From Eledone cirrhosa (taxonomy: Eukaryota): 64,000 nt of DNA. Of this stretch, positions 13,555-25,380 are shown in pieces. The notes beneath the pieces were generated by a model. That model made no database searches, was not told where the DNA came from, and worked only from the letters and a program-made list of their open reading frames with translations. A program made the translations under genes and the position numbers. The stretch covers positions 122,884,001 through 122,948,000 of the forward strand of contig OZ024741.1 in NCBI GenBank assembly GCA_964016885.1, in the 5' to 3' direction. The stretch's first letter is position 1. Every line of letters starts with the position of its first letter.

Positions 13555-15687
13555 TTACCGTATTTTTGGTAGAGGAGGGATGGTTTTTACATCCCTTTTC
13601 ACTTGATCGTCTGGTGAAGGGACCGTTGAATCGTCCCTTCGGCTGGTCGTCGGCTCTTCTAAGAGAATGTCTGAATATACTCTTCGATTAATGGTTCCTC
13701 CTAGGTCCCTGAAATCACCAACTGCGTTGGGGAATTTCGTTTTAATGTTTGTGTATTGTTTCTGTGCTATTTTTAGCAGTCTTATGTTAGTTGGCGTTTT
13801 GATTGGTGCTGGTATTATGTAGTCCTGTTGTGAAATGTCTGTGTGTTCAATTATGTAAGTCATTAGTTTCTTGTTGTGTGTGTTTATTGCCGTGCATTTG
13901 TTTTTCTGGGGGTGGGGTGTGGTTCTGCTATTTTCTTGTCGTTGTTGCTGGGTGTGTGTGTTTTGTTGTTGTGTTTGCGATGTTGGTGCTTGTGGTGGTG
14001 GTGTTGAAGGTGTTGTTGGCGGTGGGGTTGTCGCCGGTGGTGATGGTGGTGCTGGTGTGGGTGGTGATGGTGTTGGTGGTGTTGCTGCTGTGGGTCTCTT
14101 TGCAGTAGACTTTACCCTTTTCTCATTTCTTTCCTCCCTTTTCAAAGGCGACGATGCGCTGCTTCTGCGTTTGTGCCTTCTTGAGACCTTTTGCCATCCC
14201 TCTCCCACCTCACACTCCATGTCTGATTCTGTAAGGTCGGGGAGGGGTACCAGCTCCACTCTTTCACTTGTTGTTGTTGGTGATGTTTGCACTGGAGTCT
14301 CTGTTGCAGCTGCATTTGGTATTGCTGTTGTTGTTGTTAATATTTCCACTGCTGCTGCTGTCTTTGATTTCCGTGGAGTGGGTATGGGTGCCACGGACCT
14401 ATCGTTCCTGGTTGCCGCTTGTCCTGTTGCTGGTAGCCGTGGAACCGGATTCGGGAGGAGGGGGGTTTTCTCCTTTCTCAGGGTCTTCTCGTTGCAGAAG
14501 GCCCTGAGGTGAGTCTTCGATCCACAGCGAAAGCATTTCGGGCGTTTGCCCTCAACACTTATGGGCAGTTGAGTGCCGTTATCGAAGTCTATCACATCCG
14601 GGATAGCTTCGATGCACTCCTGGTTGGTTTGGATTAGCATCTCAATGGAGGAGCCGACCCAATCTTCTCTTACTTTTTTCTGTACTTGCAGTACAGTTGT
14701 TTTGTCCTCGATTCCGACGAGGACAGACGCGGCCAGCCAAGAAGGGGTCATTCCGGGGGGGACGTGGGTCAGTTTGACCCTCACAATTTTTTGCCCGCAG
14801 TAGGAGGGCACCAACACCATTTCCTCGCTCCTTAGGGTCACTACTGATTGGGCCTTTGCCTCCTGGGGTGTGGCAAAAAGTACGTCTACGGTGGCGTATT
14901 TTTTGCCTCGGGTGATGTGCGTTTTCCTCTGCCACACAGACCCCAAGGCTTTTTGTATTTGGGCCTCTGTGGCTCTTTCCACCCTACGGGATTTTGTACT
15001 TACTGTACGGTACGTGACCGTACAGTGCTCTTGGGTTTCGAAAAAATTTTTCGCTGCCTTGCAGATTGCTCGGTGTCCGTTCTTTGTCACCATCTTCTTC
15101 GCTTCCTCTAATTCCTCATTTGTTATGAGGATTGTTTCCAGGTTTTTCGCAATACCTGCAAATGAGATTGGTTTTTCTCTGCTGTTGTTGTTGTCGTCAG
15201 AGCTGCTGGTACTTTTGTTGTTGCTGCAGGTACTACGACTACTGCCTCCGCCGCTGTTGCTGTGGTTGTTGTTGGTGTTGCTGCTGCTAATGCTGTTGTT
15301 GTTTATGCTGCTGGTGATGCTGTTGCGGCTGCTACTGTTGTTTTCATTGTCACTGTTGCTGTTGTTATTACGGCTGCTACTGCTATTATTCCTGACGTCA
15401 GACGAATGAACTGGGTTTTCGTATTTCCCGCACACCTGTTTCGTCGCTGTCGTCGTCGTCGTGGAGAAACCTTGCACGCTTTGCACGAGACTTTTCTTTT
15501 CTTTCGTCGCTTGCGAAAGAGAAGGTAGGGAGAGAGACACATTTAAAGAAGGGAGGGAGAGAGACAATCTTCTCTCTCCTGTAGTGATGATTGAGGAAGA
15601 AGAAGACGGAATGAGTGGGAGTGACGTATGAAATTTTTTTTTTTTGGTAGCCATGTTTTTTTGTTTAAAATGAAATTTTGGGTACAA
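13555..15687 (-). CDS. Tx1/L1 ORF1 (gag-like, zinc knuckle); true start may be the second Met (MATKKKK)
   Basis: 710 aa open frame directly upstream of ORF2. CX2CX4HX4C knuckle CFRCGSKTHLRAFC, with Asn/Ser- and Pro/Thr-rich low-complexity flanks. Confidence 0.88.
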   Translation of the reverse strand: MYPKFHFKQKNMATKKKKFHTSLPLIPSSSSSIITTGERRLSLSLPSLNVSLSLPSLSQATKEKKSLVQSVQGFSTTTTTATKQVCGKYENPVHSSDVRNNSSSSRNNNSNSDNENNSSSRNSITSSINNNSISSSNTNNNHSNSGGGSSRSTCSNNKSTSSSDDNNNSREKPISFAGIAKNLETILITNEELEEAKKMVTKNGHRAICKAAKNFFETQEHCTVTYRTVSTKSRRVERATEAQIQKALGSVWQRKTHITRGKKYATVDVLFATPQEAKAQSVVTLRSEEMVLVPSYCGQKIVRVKLTHVPPGMTPSWLAASVLVGIEDKTTVLQVQKKVREDWVGSSIEMLIQTNQECIEAIPDVIDFDNGTQLPISVEGKRPKCFRCGSKTHLRAFCNEKTLRKEKTPLLPNPVPRLPATGQAATRNDRSVAPIPTPRKSKTAAAVEILTTTTAIPNAAATETPVQTSPTTTSERVELVPLPDLTESDMECEVGEGWQKVSRRHKRRSSASSPLKREERNEKRVKSTAKRPTAATPPTPSPPTPAPPSPPATTPPPTTPSTPPPQAPTSQTQQQNTHTQQQRQENSRTTPHPQKNKCTAINTHNKKLMTYIIEHTDISQQDYIIPAPIKTPTNIRLLKIAQKQYTNIKTKFPNAVGDFRDLGGTINRRVYSDILLEEPTTSRRDDSTVPSPDDQVKRDVKTIPPLPKIR

Positions 15688-15867
15688 AACCCCAATAACT
15701 GGTTATTTAACCCCGAAGGGCCAAATAACGGACAGAAAGACCCCTCTCACGAGGAGGAGGGTGTCTTTATCAACAATTTGGTTCAAGTTTTAAACAATTT
15801 ACAATTGTTTTAACGGTTAAAAATTACTATACCTTACAGAGCCGAGCCTCCGTCAACCATGGCATTC

Positions 15868-15893
15868 AATAATAATAATAATAATAATAATAA

Positions 15894-15924
<31 letters not shown>

Positions 15925-15926
15925 AA
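15868..15926. repeat. (AAT)n followed by (AAG)n microsatellite
   Basis: Direct reading. Confidence 0.95.
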
Positions 15927-16699
15927 GGAAAGAAGACGCACGTGGTGGTAGAAGGTCATGACATCGCTCCCGTAAGTTTTTGATTTTTAACATATTTAAA
16001 TCAATTGTGAAATAACAATTCTTAGTACAAATGTTGCATAAACCACCGAATCAAGTCCCATAATATATTGTTGTATCGCTCAAACATTCAATTTTGTATT
16101 ATATATTTTGTATTCAAAAAAAGAAAATGGTTATAAATGGAAGAAAACACCCTCTGTCTACACTATATAGAACAGCCAAATAACAGCAATTTCACCAATA
16201 CCAGAAACTTAATACACCACCTACCCCATCACACTAAATATAACAGCCAGATAACGGCAATTTCACCACCACCACCACCAATCCCAGCATCATAATAATA
16301 ATTACTATTATTATTGTCTCAAGTTTTAACAAAATGTTTAATTCCAATTTTACGGGAATATGTCAACACAATATATATTAAACATACGAATACAAAGTCA
16401 TAGATACTACATTTCACAAAACTTAGTAACGACAACGCCACCGCCGTCAACATCAACAACTATGGGACTGCTGGCTCACCCCTTTCTCACCAACAATATA
16501 AAAAGCCCCGGCACCACCACCGACATCGCCAACAACAATAACAGGCAACTCCAGCAAAAAGTATATTATATTATTGTAATGCACTGGGTGATTGCTGGCC
16601 TTGTGCCTGGAGTGGAGACAATTATTAATAATTTCATTCTTAAGCCACGCAATGCTCACATTAAGGAAGCACTCATGATAATAACAATTTAAAAAAACA

Positions 16700-19600
16700 A
16701 CAAAAAGAAAACCCCGTGACCAAGAAATACCGGGATGGCGGCCGGCGGGGAATAGCCGTGTCTCTAGGGGAGAACGACCCCTCTAGTCTTGGTTGACACT
16801 CGTTCTAGAAGTGGTAACACGAAATGATTAGCCCTTGGCGGATAAGGATAAAACGCGACAAAATAAAGTAAATGTCTAATGATAAAATCTCATACCGGAT
16901 CGGCCGTCACCCGGGTAAAAAAGGGGCGCGTCCCTCAGAGAGGAACCAGACTGGGGTCGAAAAATCAGCTAATGGTTCAAACCTTCCCATCACTTCGGAG
17001 CTGGAGACCTCCCATAACGGGATACTCCTACTGTTGGCCCTCCATGCTCACCACCAAGAAATCCAAAGAAAAAGAGAGAAAAATGGTCAAGGGAAGATAA
17101 TAAAGAAGTCCTTGAGGCTTTCTACACTGCCATGTACTACCCATCAAATACATCGAATACACAACAGACATATATCAACTGGAAAAAGAAACACCCCGAA
17201 AACAGAGGCTATATTGACAGTAACAAACTAGCCAATATACGAAGAAATATTGTAAAAAAAAAGTTATTAACTGATATAGAAATTGATCAGATCAAGCTAT
17301 TAGCACAAAGTCAGCGAAGGGAAAATGAAACATGTGTCAGTGAAAACGAGGTAAATTGTAACACTTCGAATCCCAGGGTTGGGGCGGAATCACTGGCAAC
17401 AGAACAAATTAAAGAAAGGATCGAAAAAGTGGAGGGAGTGCATGCTCAAGATGAAACTCCAAATGAAAATAATGAGATCGTAAATGATAAAGAAATGAAT
17501 GAGAATGAACTTGCCAACTTGAAGGATAAAATTATGATCGAATGGATGAAAATGAAAGAATCTGACATGGGGCAACGAGACACCCTCCCTAAGATCCAGA
17601 ACTCCAAACAGAACCAAAAGATAATACACAAGACTAACATAATTCTCAAAAACATTATCATCACAAAAAAACTAAACATTACTGATTTAAATCATCTCTA
17701 TTATGCATCGGCTAAAGTCACCACTCACTTATGTGGAGTGAAGATGAAAAAGCAAAGGAATTCCCACAAGAAATCTACTTGGCAACAGAACATCAATCGC
17801 CAAATAAACCTTATCCGATCTGACATAGAAATTTTAACAAACTATAAAGTAGGTGAACATGTTAAACATAGTAAACTTAGAAAATTGAAAAAAAAGTACA
17901 GTATAAAATCAACATGTGACATAGACATGCTGATAGAAATAATCAAGCAAAAAGTGTCGGCCAAAGCTGCTCGTATAAGGCGCTTTGAAAAGCGATCTAG
18001 ATTCTATAAGGACAATAATATGTTCAAAAACAACCAAAGAAACTTCTACAGAAAAATTGGTAAGTCAACAATAACTGCTAAATCAATACCACCCAAGGAG
18101 GAAGTGCAAGAATTCTGGGAAAAGATCTGGGCCGAAGAAAAAGTTCATAACATACATGCCCCATGGATAGACAGACAAATGAAAGAAACAGCTCACCTTG
18201 AAGAACAAACATGGGAAAATATAACAGTTGAACAGCTGCGCTTGGCTCTAAGAAAAACCAGCAAATGGAAATCCCCAGGAAAAGACAAAATACAAAACTT
18301 TTGGATAAATGCCTTCACAGAGTCTCATGAGCTGTTAGCCCAAATTTACAATGAAATAGTTAAGGAGCCAGAAAAGATACCATCATGGCTAGTTAACGGC
18401 ATTACATTCCTGCTACCGAAGAATGATGAGACAAACAATCCCAAAAATTACAGACCGATAACCTGCTTGACCACAATGTATAAAATTTTAACATCAGTCC
18501 TAACTGAATACACATATGACCACCTGATAACAAATGACCTATTTCCCATTGAGCAGAAAGGGTGTAAAGGAGGCTCATATGGCTGTAAGGATCAGCTTCT
18601 GGTTAACAAAATGATACTGGAAGATTGTCATAATAGACACAAAAATCTATCGATTGCTTGGATAGATTATAAAAAAGCATTTGATAGTTTGCCACACAGT
18701 TGGATTGAAAAATGTTTAGAGATTTTCAAAATATCCCCCGTTGTCAGGAGGTTTTTGTCATTCAGTATGAGGACATGGAGAACGACACTCCTTTTGAATA
18801 GTGAAACAAAATCACTGGAAGCTGGAGAAGTTAACATTAATTGTGGAATTTTTCAGGGTGACTCTTTATCACCGCTTTTATTCTGCATCGCACTTATACC
18901 ATTAAGTAAAATGCTCAATGAAACAAAACATGGATATAGAGTCTATGACAAAACCATTAATCACCTGTTCTACATGGATGACCTGAAACTATTTGCAAAA
19001 ATGATGAACAATTGCAAGGGCTATTATCCACTGTGAAGCAGTTCAGTGATGACATTAAAATGGAGTTTGGACTGGATAAATGCGCCAAAGCAACGTTCAC
19101 CAGAGGAAAGCTGCTGAAGAGTTCAGACATTAATCTTGATCGGGGGAACGTGATAAGAGAGCTTGATCAAGAACAAACTTACAAATATCTAGGTGTTTGT
19201 GAAGGAGACGGAATCAAGCACTCGACAATGAGGGAAAGGATAAGGAAGGAATGTTACCGCAGAGTCAGAGCAATCTTAAGAACGGAATTGAATGCAAGGA
19301 ATAGGATCGATGCCATAAACACGCTTGCCATACCAGTAGTAACCTACAGTTACAATGTCATCAACTGGTCAAGCACAGAGATCCGTAGGCTCGATACAAA
19401 AATCCGAAAATTCTTAACCATGCACAGAATGCATCACCCTAAGGCAGACATAGATAGAATATATCTCCCTAGGAAAGAAGGAGGACGTGGGTTAATCCAG
19501 TTAGACATTGCGTTGAAAACTGCAACAATTGGATTATCCACATATCTAATGGAATCACATGATTGGATGATCAAACTCGTTTTGAAACACGAAAGCACCA

Positions 19601-20699
19601 AAAGATCATATTCCATTACAAAAGATGCACAAAGATACAGTAATGGACTACAAATTTCAGAAGTCCCATTTACTGCTGAAATGGAAAACACAGAAAAAGC
19701 AAAGCAGGTAAAAGTAACTGCAAAGAAAGAACTGCTACAGAAACTGGCTACGAAATGGCAAGAAAAGCCTCTGTATGGAAAATACCCAGAGCGAGCTAAC
19801 AATCCTGATGTTGACAAAACTTTAACCCATCAGTGGTTGGCATCCTCTGGACTGAAATCGGAGACTGAAGGACTGATTATATCCGCACAAGATCAGTGTC
19901 TGCCAACAAAAAATTACCAAGCCAACATAATAAAAAATGGGTGCAGCCCATTATGCCGTGTATGCAAAAAACAACCAGAGACCATTGACCATATAATTTC
20001 AATGTGCAGTCCTATAGCTCCAACCGAATACCTAAACAGGCATGACAGAGCTGCACAATACATACATTGGATAATGTGTAAGCATTTTGACCTGCCCCAT
20101 CAAAAGAATTGGTGGGAACATCAACCACCTCCCATACTTGAAAAAGATCACATCTCAATCTTGTGGAACTTTAGCATCCAAACAGACCGAAAAATAGATG
20201 CAAATAGACCTGATATAATATTGAAGGACTTTCAAAGGAGGGTATGCCTGCTAATTGATATGTCTGTTCCAATAGACAAGAATGTATCTATAAAAACATT
20301 TGAAAAATTGAGCAAGTATAAGGACCTGGAGATAGAAATTGGAAAAATGTGGAAATTGAGAACTAAAACAATACCAGTGGTTGTAGGCGCTCTGGGAATG
20401 ATACCTAAGGGGTCTAACGACTACTTATCGCAAATCCCAGGAAACCCGCGTATAGGAGAAATACAAAAGATAGTACTAATGGGAACTGCCCATATACTAA
20501 GGAAGATCCTGTCAATATAAGTACATCACAAGTCTAAACACTAAGGATGCATGTGTGAATATGTATGTTCTTTCTTGAACATGGCGGACCTTGTTGTCTC
20601 TTGAGGTCACTGGTTGTGACTTGGTGATAACTCGTATAAACATAAAGCAAGATAAATGTAAATAATAATAATAATAATAATATTAAAAATAATAATAAT
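16700..20699 (+). mobile_element. R4/Dong-clade non-LTR retrotransposon, copy C (distinct family, full length, near-intact)
   Basis: GC-richer 5' UTR, ORF pieces spanning 16872-20520, 3' UTR and a degenerate (TAA)n tail at ~20660-20699. The 5' boundary is approximate. Confidence 0.92.
16872..20520 (+). pseudogene. R4/Dong ORF (RT, CCHC, restriction-like endonuclease) broken by two apparent 1-bp deletions
   Basis: N-terminal KWSREDNKEVLEAFY motif. RT motifs NYRPITCL, WIDYKKAFDS, GIFQGDSLSP and HLFYMDD. CRVCKKQPETIDHIISMC, RHD and RPDIILKD..LIDMSVP..EKLSKY. Frame changes near 17019 (G run) and 19000 (A run). Confidence 0.85.
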
Positions 20700-20713
20700 T
20701 ATATATATATATA

Positions 20714-21190
20714 TAGAGAGAGTTAGAACACTGGAAGATAATAACCGTAGTGTTAGAGGACTCAGTCCATGGGACGAGTTTGGTAGAGGTAGGAACACAA
20801 CAGTTAGTTCACCATACCGAGAATAATTATTTCACCTTATGGGGATCTTCAGCTCGGACTGGTCATGGTTATACAGAACAGGAAGAACAACCGTATGAAC
20901 GCGCATGCGCAGAAACGGTCACTTCTCCCAATCGATACCAAACTACTGGCGAAAGTCCGGAATAAGATGCTCGAGTTGATTATAAAATTAGAATGTTGTT
21001 GTTAGGCAATCCGGAGCTTTGTATTTATGCCAAGAGGTGTTTCCAGACATGTGGACAACGTGAGAAGATTTCCATCCTCGAATTTAGGTAATCGCTATTG
21101 CGTTATCTCCTTAGAATATTTATCCTTCCTTCAATACACAGTCCACAATATCGGATAAGAAGAACTCTACAGTTTGTAGGACTGGAGTAT
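20714..21190 (-). mobile_element. 3' fragment of a Hydra-type Penelope-like element
   Basis: Minus strand encodes RYCGLCIEGRINIL..YLNSRMEIFSRCPHVWKHLLA* (stop at 21025-21027), homologous to the C-terminus of the 60400-62628 ORF. A hammerhead motif follows, then a (TA)n junction. Confidence 0.8.
20817..20857 (-). ncRNA. Type I hammerhead ribozyme motif
   Basis: ccgag-CUGAAGA-uccccauaaggu-GAAA-uaauua-UU-cucgg: 5-bp stem I, short stem II and palindromic stem III. Confidence 0.78.
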
Positions 21191-21232
21191 ACATAATATA
21201 TAAGATCAAAAGATGGTTAAAGGAGTTCCATG

Positions 21233-21303
21233 TATTTTATTATGCGCATTTCAAAAACAAACATCATCATGCAATAATATTTGTGTTTTCATCAGATAAA
21301 ACA
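21233..21303 (-). ncRNA. Type I hammerhead ribozyme motif (left arm of palindrome)
   Basis: Reverse complement of the motif at 21431-21501. Confidence 0.85.
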
Positions 21304-21430
21304 GGAAGACATGATATGAAGGCTAAAAAACACTTGTGGATAGTGCAGTTTTAAATCAAATGTTGATTTAAATGTTGATTTAAAACTGAACTATCCACAA
21401 GTGTTTTTTAGCCTTCATATCATGTCCTCC

Positions 21431-21501
21431 TGTTTTATCTGATGAAAACACAAATATTATTGCATGATGATGTTTGTTTTTGAAATGCGCATAATAAAAT
21501 A
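21431..21501 (+). ncRNA. Type I hammerhead ribozyme motif (right arm of palindrome)
   Basis: uguuuuau-CUGAUGA-[~15-bp stem II, GCAU loop]-GAAA-ugcgca-UA-auaaaaua. Confidence 0.88.
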
Positions 21502-21529
21502 CATGGAACTCCTTTAACCATCTTTTGAG

Positions 21530-21860
<331 letters not shown>

Positions 21861-21864
21861 AGTG

Positions 21865-21985
21865 AAGGCGTGTGGCTGAGTGGTTAGAGAATTGGATTCA
21901 CAATCTTGACGTTGTGAGTTCAATTCCTGGACCGGGCGATGCGTTATGTCCTTGAGCAAGACACTTTATTTCACGTTGTTCCTTC
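21865..21985 (+). mobile_element. tRNA-derived SINE 5' part
   Basis: A-box-like gtggctgagtggtt and B-box-like gagttcaattcc, followed by CORE-like tgtccttgagcaagacactt. Confidence 0.7.
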
Positions 21986-23346
21986 CACCTGGAGTTGCGA
22001 CCGATAGATAGTACTAGCAACTGGAAAGACCAATGGAAACATTGTTTCCTCGGTCCGATTTGACGAAAGTCGATCGACTCCTTTTATATATATATATATG
22101 CAAATATACACGCACAGAGTCACATACAAACACACACAAACGCACAGAAATACTGAAGCACGCAGTTTATATATATGAATTAGTGCCCTTTCTGCGTCTA
22201 TGATTGCTATTTGTTTTTCTTCCGTACTTTGTAATAATTACCAGCGTCGATATAGTCAACTAAATCCCATACAAAGAGTACCCCAGCATGGTCACAGTTT
22301 AATGATTGAAAGAACTAAAAAATAAATAAAGGAATAAACTAATCCTCACCTATCTCAACTATATCCATCCCATTGTGAGCAATAACTGAAGATAGTAAAC
22401 ACATTCTATTCTTTAGAGATTTGCAACTAAGGTTAGTTTGTTGACAAACCGGCAGAGTGTTCATGCAGGTAAATTTGATTTCAGTATATCTTGTGAGAAT
22501 GTTATCTGTCAGTGGACGCAATGGAAGTTGTAAACAAAAACAGCATAGTCAGACAATGTCATAATTGCATCATTTCTGAAGATGCCCTGGGCTAACTTAT
22601 TTCACACTAATTTTCACTAAACACTTCACATTTCTTTCCGTTTGCACAAATATCAACAATACTTTTTCACTGGAAACTTATATTTTCCTGTTTTCTTTAA
22701 TGAATGAGTTAAGGGGCGAATTTATGTCAGTATTTGAAGAGCATCACGTGTATATGAGTTGAACCATCAACGGTACCAAAGACGAGTGTTCAGGTTGCCC
22801 AAACAATGGAGCAGACAGCACACTAATTGAAAATGTAAGCGTCTGAGTATTTCACAGATACGTGCACTATTAATGTAAATCTCAACGAAACTCAACACGA
22901 TAGAGCATATGACAAGATTGGACCTGTAAAGGTCAGAGCTGAGTGGACTGAACTAATGGGAAATAAAATGTCATGCTCAAACATACAATGCGCTATCGAG
23001 CACAGAAATCGAACTCCTCGTTCTACGACCATATACATATATATATATATCTCCCCATGCATTGTGTTCTCTCATGATTGCCCAGTCCCAACGCCGCAGA
23101 CCCTCTCTCTTTCTCCACTTCTCTCTCTCTACCCACTTCTCTCTCAATATATATATATAAATATATGTATATGCACACATGTACACACGCGCGCGCGCAC
23201 AAACACACACACACACATATATATACACAGATATATATATATAAACGGAAAAAATTAAACGAAATTTCATTTCTCACTCTTAGTACGGCTGTTACTTAAA
23301 TGTATGTATACGTACATATATATATATGTATACAGACGTACAGTAG

Positions 23347-23382
<36 letters not shown>

Positions 23383-23523
23383 CATGCACACATACATATA
23401 TGTACGTATGGATTCACCGAACATTTATTATAATGCTCGGTGTGTTTGTAAACAAACATCCCGAATTAAGCCGTACAGTGTCTAGCAACCATCGTTGCTC
23501 ATTTGTTCAACACTGACAAAGGA

Positions 23524-23566
23524 ACGCTCTACTAGTTTCAAGCTTATTAGCTATCGTCAGCAACGT
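23524..23566 (-). ncRNA. Type I hammerhead motif (retrozyme family; first stem I pair mismatched)
   Basis: acguug-CUGACGA-uagcuaauaagcuu-GAAA-cuag-UA-gagcgu. Confidence 0.75.
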
Positions 23567-23721
23567 ATACCTTCCTGCTAGATGGTTGAACGTCTGAACA
23601 AATGAGCAACGATGGTCGCTAGACACTGTACGGCTTAATTCGGGATGTTTGTTTACAAACACACTGAGCATTATAATAAATGTTCGGTGAATCCATACAT
23701 ACATATATGTATGTGTGCATG

Positions 23722-23779
<58 letters not shown>

Positions 23780-24004
23780 CTACTGTACGTCTGTATACCT
23801 ATATGTATGTACGTATGCATACTTATATTTATGTAACAGCCGTACTAAGAGTGAGAAATAAAATTTCGTTTCATTTTTTCCGTTTATCGTTTTCGGTAGT
23901 CCGGCCGATTAACTCACTCGATATTCAAATTAGGCTGCTCAGCCGTTAATATGCATAAGGAAAGTATATACTTTCAGACGTTCAACCATCTTGCAGGAAG
24001 GTAT

Positions 24005-24047
24005 ACGTTGCTGACGATAGCTAATAAGCTTGAAACTAGTACAGCGT
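24005..24047 (+). ncRNA. Type I hammerhead motif (retrozyme family)
   Basis: acguug-CUGACGA-uagcu aaua agcuu-GAAA-cuag-UA-cagcgu. Confidence 0.85.
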
Positions 24048-24249
24048 TCCTTTGTCAGTGTTGAACAAATGAGCAACGATGGTTGCTAGACACGGTACGG
24101 CTTAATTCGGGATGTTTGTTTACAAACACACCGAGCATTATAATAAATGTTCGGTGAATCCATACGTACATATACGTATGTGTGCATGTATGTAATATTT
24201 ATATATACTACTGTGCGTCTGTATACATATGTATGTACGTATACATACT

Positions 24250-24280
<31 letters not shown>

Positions 24281-24864
24281 GCAGGCACACACTCAAGTAT
24301 ATGCACAGGTATATGCACTCGCACACGCACAGCTCTATATACAAACTTTTTTTTCCTTTCAAGGAAACTCTTTCTCTCGACTTCTTTTCGTGAATCCGTA
24401 ATACCATTGAGAGAATGTGGGATGGGGTATCAGCTGGAAAGAATGTGCCATTGATTAAGCATATATGTTTTATGGTTGATTTCCAGCTATATGGGAAAGC
24501 AGGAATGAGGTTAATTCATTGGTGCTGAATATTTGGCAACATAGCGTGAACATAGAAATGAGTTTTTTGTATAAATAAGTGTGCCACAGTGTCACTTGAA
24601 ATGAGCCGGAGTGTTGAATTTAATACGATTAAATTTCAAACGGGAGATAGAATCGGCGAACCAGATGCAGCCGTCTACTAGAACTTGAAAGCATTTTGTG
24701 CTACGAATTGAAAAACAAAAAAAAATAACAAAAGAGATATATCAGAAAAGGGATACTTTGTTGATCAAAGGTAAATTGAATCCGACGAATTTATTCTTGT
24801 TGATGATAATATGGGCTGTATCAGCTATCAGGTGAAAGCGTTTTATTCATATAGTGGACTCAGC

Positions 24865-25080
24865 GCCGTAGATTGGCAGTATCGGTAGAGAGTAGGACAC
24901 CATGCTTTGCAACGTAGAGTTACGCCCCTTTACAGTCTGAGTTCAAATCCCGCTAAGGTTAACTTTGCCTTTCATCCTTACGGGGTCGATAAAATAAAGC
25001 ACCAGTAACATACAGGGGTCGATTTAATCGATTTTCCCCTCCACCAAATTACTAGCGTTGTGCCTATACTAGAAATCATT
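24865..25080 (+). mobile_element. tRNA-derived SINE (central domain resembles the MetaSINE domain)
   Basis: A-box-like tggcagtatcgg, B-box gagttcaaatccc, conserved actttgcctttcatccttacggggtcgataaaa and tail ttgtgcct..tagaaa. Many copies in the window. Confidence 0.85.
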
Positions 25081-25084
25081 CATA

Positions 25085-25380
25085 CAGTGGACTAAAGAAG
25101 AACCGCAAAAATTTGATAGGCAGACAAGAAAAGTATTGGGCAAAGATGTGGTCTGGGCCCAAAGGTAGACATTTTAAGGTTGTACACCAACAGTGTTTTG
25201 CTTCCTTCAAAAACGACGTAGGCCAGTATTCTCCAGATTTACGCCTCTGATGGGAGCCCGGAAATGTTGACCCTTACTGATTTTCTTTTAAAATAAGATG
25301 GGTAGGGAATATAATCGTCCCTCTGACATGTTACCATTGAGAGATTGATGGTCGGGGATTCACTCTTAAAGAGTTCCCAC
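25085..25380 (-). mobile_element. Possible decayed Tx1-type ORF1 fragment
   Basis: YPSYFKRKSVRVNISGLP resembles VPSYCGQKIVRVKLTHVP in the ORF1 at 13555-15687. Confidence 0.35.

Larger units (their letters stand above)
9837..15867 (-). mobile_element. Full-length Tx1/L1-clade LINE (~6.0 kb) inserted in a (TAA)n tract
   Basis: Two uninterrupted ORFs, a short 5' UTR, and AATAAA on the minus strand at 9843-9848 just before the 3' junction. (AAT)n lies on both sides (ending at 9836 and starting at 15868). Confidence 0.93.
23243..24250. mobile_element. Hammerhead-containing non-coding retroelement (retrozyme-like), inverted plus partial tandem copy, ~467-bp unit
   Basis: An inverted ~350-bp segment (23243-23598) followed by ~1.4 direct units. 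Homologous to the 43.6-48.0 kb array and bounded by (TA)n on both sides. Confidence 0.85.

Noticed and set aside
3516-19817. Long antisense and overlapping ORFs inside the LINEs
   Set aside because: Shadow frames of RT-coding or low-complexity sequence with no independent motifs.
21865-21935. tRNA-like sequence
   Set aside because: A and B boxes are present but there is no intact cloverleaf, and it continues into a SINE body.
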